From Basidiobolus meristosporus CBS 931.73 (Eukaryota > Fungi > Basidiobolomycota): a DNA stretch of 63,968 bases. Location of the stretch: NCBI GenBank assembly GCA_002104905.1, contig MCFE01000514.1:1-63968 (forward strand), written 5' to 3'. Position numbers and translations under genes: made by a program. Positions 61,664 to 63,968 of the stretch are shown here, piece by piece (position 1 is the first letter of the stretch; every line of letters starts with the position of its first letter). The notes beneath the pieces are model-generated. The model saw nothing but the letters and a program-made list of their open reading frames with translations. It was not told the origin of the DNA and searched no databases.

Positions 61664-63968
61664 AGGGGGAGGGAAAGTCACCAAGTTGGTGAAATCTTTA
61701 TTTGAGTTAAGAACTAATCTAAGTACAAATAAAGAAGCCAATTAAGAGGTCTAGAACCTCTCTAATAAGTAATCTAATCTATGTTTTGTTTCATCTCTAA
61801 TGTTTGTTTCAATAAAGTAAAGCTCATTAGGGGTAAATATAAAATTCAGGGGTTTTGGGGGAAGTACAAATTGTAGGTGTTTCTGATCAATATAATCCAA
61901 GACTGGAACCCAGCCTGGGATTAGGTGTAGTAGGAAAGGTGTGTGGACTTGTAAGTAGCTCTGCCACATAGATCTTAGATGGTCCTGAGCCAGTAGTCTT
62001 GGTTTCTCAGCTTTTTGAAGTTTTGAAGCAAGCTCTGTTACTACAGCAGAGCCAACCAGGGTGTGCCAGCAAGAAGATTTCAGGGAGGAGTTAGATTGAA
62101 GCCATTGTTTGATGGAGGGGTTATGTGATTTCTGAAGTTTGACTAGGAAGGAAGCCCGGAGATAGATCATTCGGATTTGGTATGGGTAGAACCCAAAGGC
62201 TCCATTAGTTGCATGGATATAGGGAGATACTGGAAGATAAGGTACCAAGGATCTGATACACTGATGGAGAAATTTATCCAGGCGGTGAAGTTCTCTGGAG
62301 GTAAGGGGTATAATGTGGAGACCAAATTCAAGTACCGGCAGTACATACTGCTTCAGAAGTATAGGGATCTTTTGAATTGGAGTGTCTGGAGTGACTACTA
62401 CCAGAAGCTTTTTGAGAGCCTGTTGGGCAAGACGGATCCTATTATTCAGGTGGCGCTTTGTGTCAATCCCATGTTGACAAAACGGCAGACCTAGATATAT
62501 TGCAGTTTGTTGTGGCAGAATGCTAGTGTTCTGTATAGTTGTAGTGCATCCAATTGGGACTGTCTTGGAAATTGAGAGTGAGAGGTTGTTGGCAGCCAAG
62601 TACTTCTCAATGATGGCAGTGTCTGCTATGGGATTAGGAGTAGCAATCTTGATATCATCTGCATAGAGAGTTAGTAGTGGATAGGGAGAGTCTGGTGAGG
62701 GGCCTTTTGGAAATAAAGGAAAGTCATGTAGGAATATCACAAATAATAAGGGACCTAGTACAGATCCTTGGACTACTCCATTTGGAACCTCATAAGTCTC
62801 TGATGTACAACTTGGATGCAAAATTTTGGCTGAGTTCTCACAAAATAGAGAACGTACAAGAAGGGTCATTGGTAGTGTGGTAACTGTTAATAGCTTTCTC
62901 TAAAGCAGAGCTCTGTCCACAGAGTCAAAGGCTTTAGTAATGTCAAACAGAATGGTTGGCAATGAGAATTGAAGTGAATGATCATGGCTTAGCACCACAG
63001 CCATATCCAAGGAGAGTTTGGGCAAGAAGCCAAACTGAGAAGGATGGAATGGATATAGTTGAGATTGCAAGGATCTTGCTATTATAAGCTCAAAGATTTT
63101 CCGGCAGGTTGGTAGGAGTGAAACTGGCCGGTAAGAACCTGGGAGTGAGTGTTTCCCCTTCCCTTTGTATAAGGGTATTACATTTGCCTGTGACCAGGCC
63201 TTTGGGGTAGTCAATTGTTGGGCACAGATAGAGTAGAATGGGAGAAGTAAGTGACTCATTTTGGAGTAGCACACCCGGAGTAGATCGTAGGTAATCAAGT
63301 CATGTCCAGGTGCAGTATTTGCAGGAAGCTTCTTTAAAATTTTCTCCAGAAGCTTTGCTGAAACCACAATTGGAGATGTTGTACTGCTAGATATGTCACC
63401 AGTATGGTAGAAAGGAGGAGTGGGATGCACGGTTGAATCAAAGAATATAGGGGCCAGTTTGTCTGGTGATGGTATACTTCTTGCTTGGGGTCTCATGGCT
63501 TTGTATACTCTTGATATGGACCTTGTGGTGGCATTCATATTTACTAAGGGCAAGGTATCCATGATATGAGCCCATAATCTAGTATGCTCAGTGATCTGTA
63601 GTGACTTGGAGTAGGAGATTGCGCTTTCCAGGAGGTTCTGTGTTTTTGGGTTAGGGAAACATAGGTAGCTGGAATTTAAGGCAGAAATGATGGATTTCCA
63701 TTTAAGTTGGTTTGCAGATGGCTTTTGGTAGGACTTGGTGGGCAGGGCCAGACAGCCAGTGATTATGATGAAATGCTGGTAAAATAGCCATAATGCATTT
63801 ACATCATCACAAATCCATGCAGGTAAGCTGGGAAATGCATATTCTGTAAGCAAGGATAGGTAGTTGGCAAAGTCCTGTGTCTGTGATACTGAAGCTTTGG
63901 CTGGCAGGATTGTAAATGGCTGAAGAAGGGTGCCAATTGGTAGGGTTTTTCTGGCAGAAATGATAATA
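61662..63968 (-). mobile_element. LINE-type RT element, copy B, running off the window end; one internal stop
   Basis: The same ORF2 with YADD. A TGG>TAG stop at about 62900 splits ORFs 62900-63853 and 61751-62869. The frame stays open to the window edge. Confidence 0.93.

Noticed and set aside
1-63968. tRNA, rRNA, snRNA or CRISPR arrays
   Set aside because: I recognised no cloverleaf, rRNA or regularly spaced repeat-spacer structure. The recurring 350-bp repeat is an LTR.

Overview
Eukaryotic DNA from a fungus. The spliceosomal introns are short (GT-AG, about 50-125 nt), and the gene set and style suggest an early-diverging lineage; that assignment is inference. Gene islands with normal CpG content carry: a PAQR/IZH-family membrane protein (7 exons), a Pho80/Pcl-type cyclin, the AzgA purine transporter, SLX4, the BET1 SNARE, two orphan proteins, an intronless PDR-type ABC transporter, mitochondrial citrate synthase and Sm D3. 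These alternate with AT-rich, CpG-depleted repeat blocks at about 3-5, 10-17, 23-28 and 56-64 kb. The blocks hold at least a dozen copies of one ~350-bp copia LTR family, two copia 3' remnants and relics of a dispersed, decayed LRR-like gene family. The most striking region is 57.1-64 kb, a four-level nest. An old LINE-like relic is interrupted by a copia element. The copia is interrupted by a head-to-tail pair of LINE-type reverse transcriptase elements, and one of those is split by a 1,080-bp TG...CA insertion with a 4-bp target-site duplication (TSD). All three visible 3' ends of the RT family lack poly(A). They end instead in AATAAA, a TCAC-N7-GTGA hairpin and a C-tract followed by TA(A/G). 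This geometry resembles a Helitron 3' end, and in two of the three ends it reads TTAGGG on the other strand. Repeat boundaries and difference counts were made by eye and are approximate.
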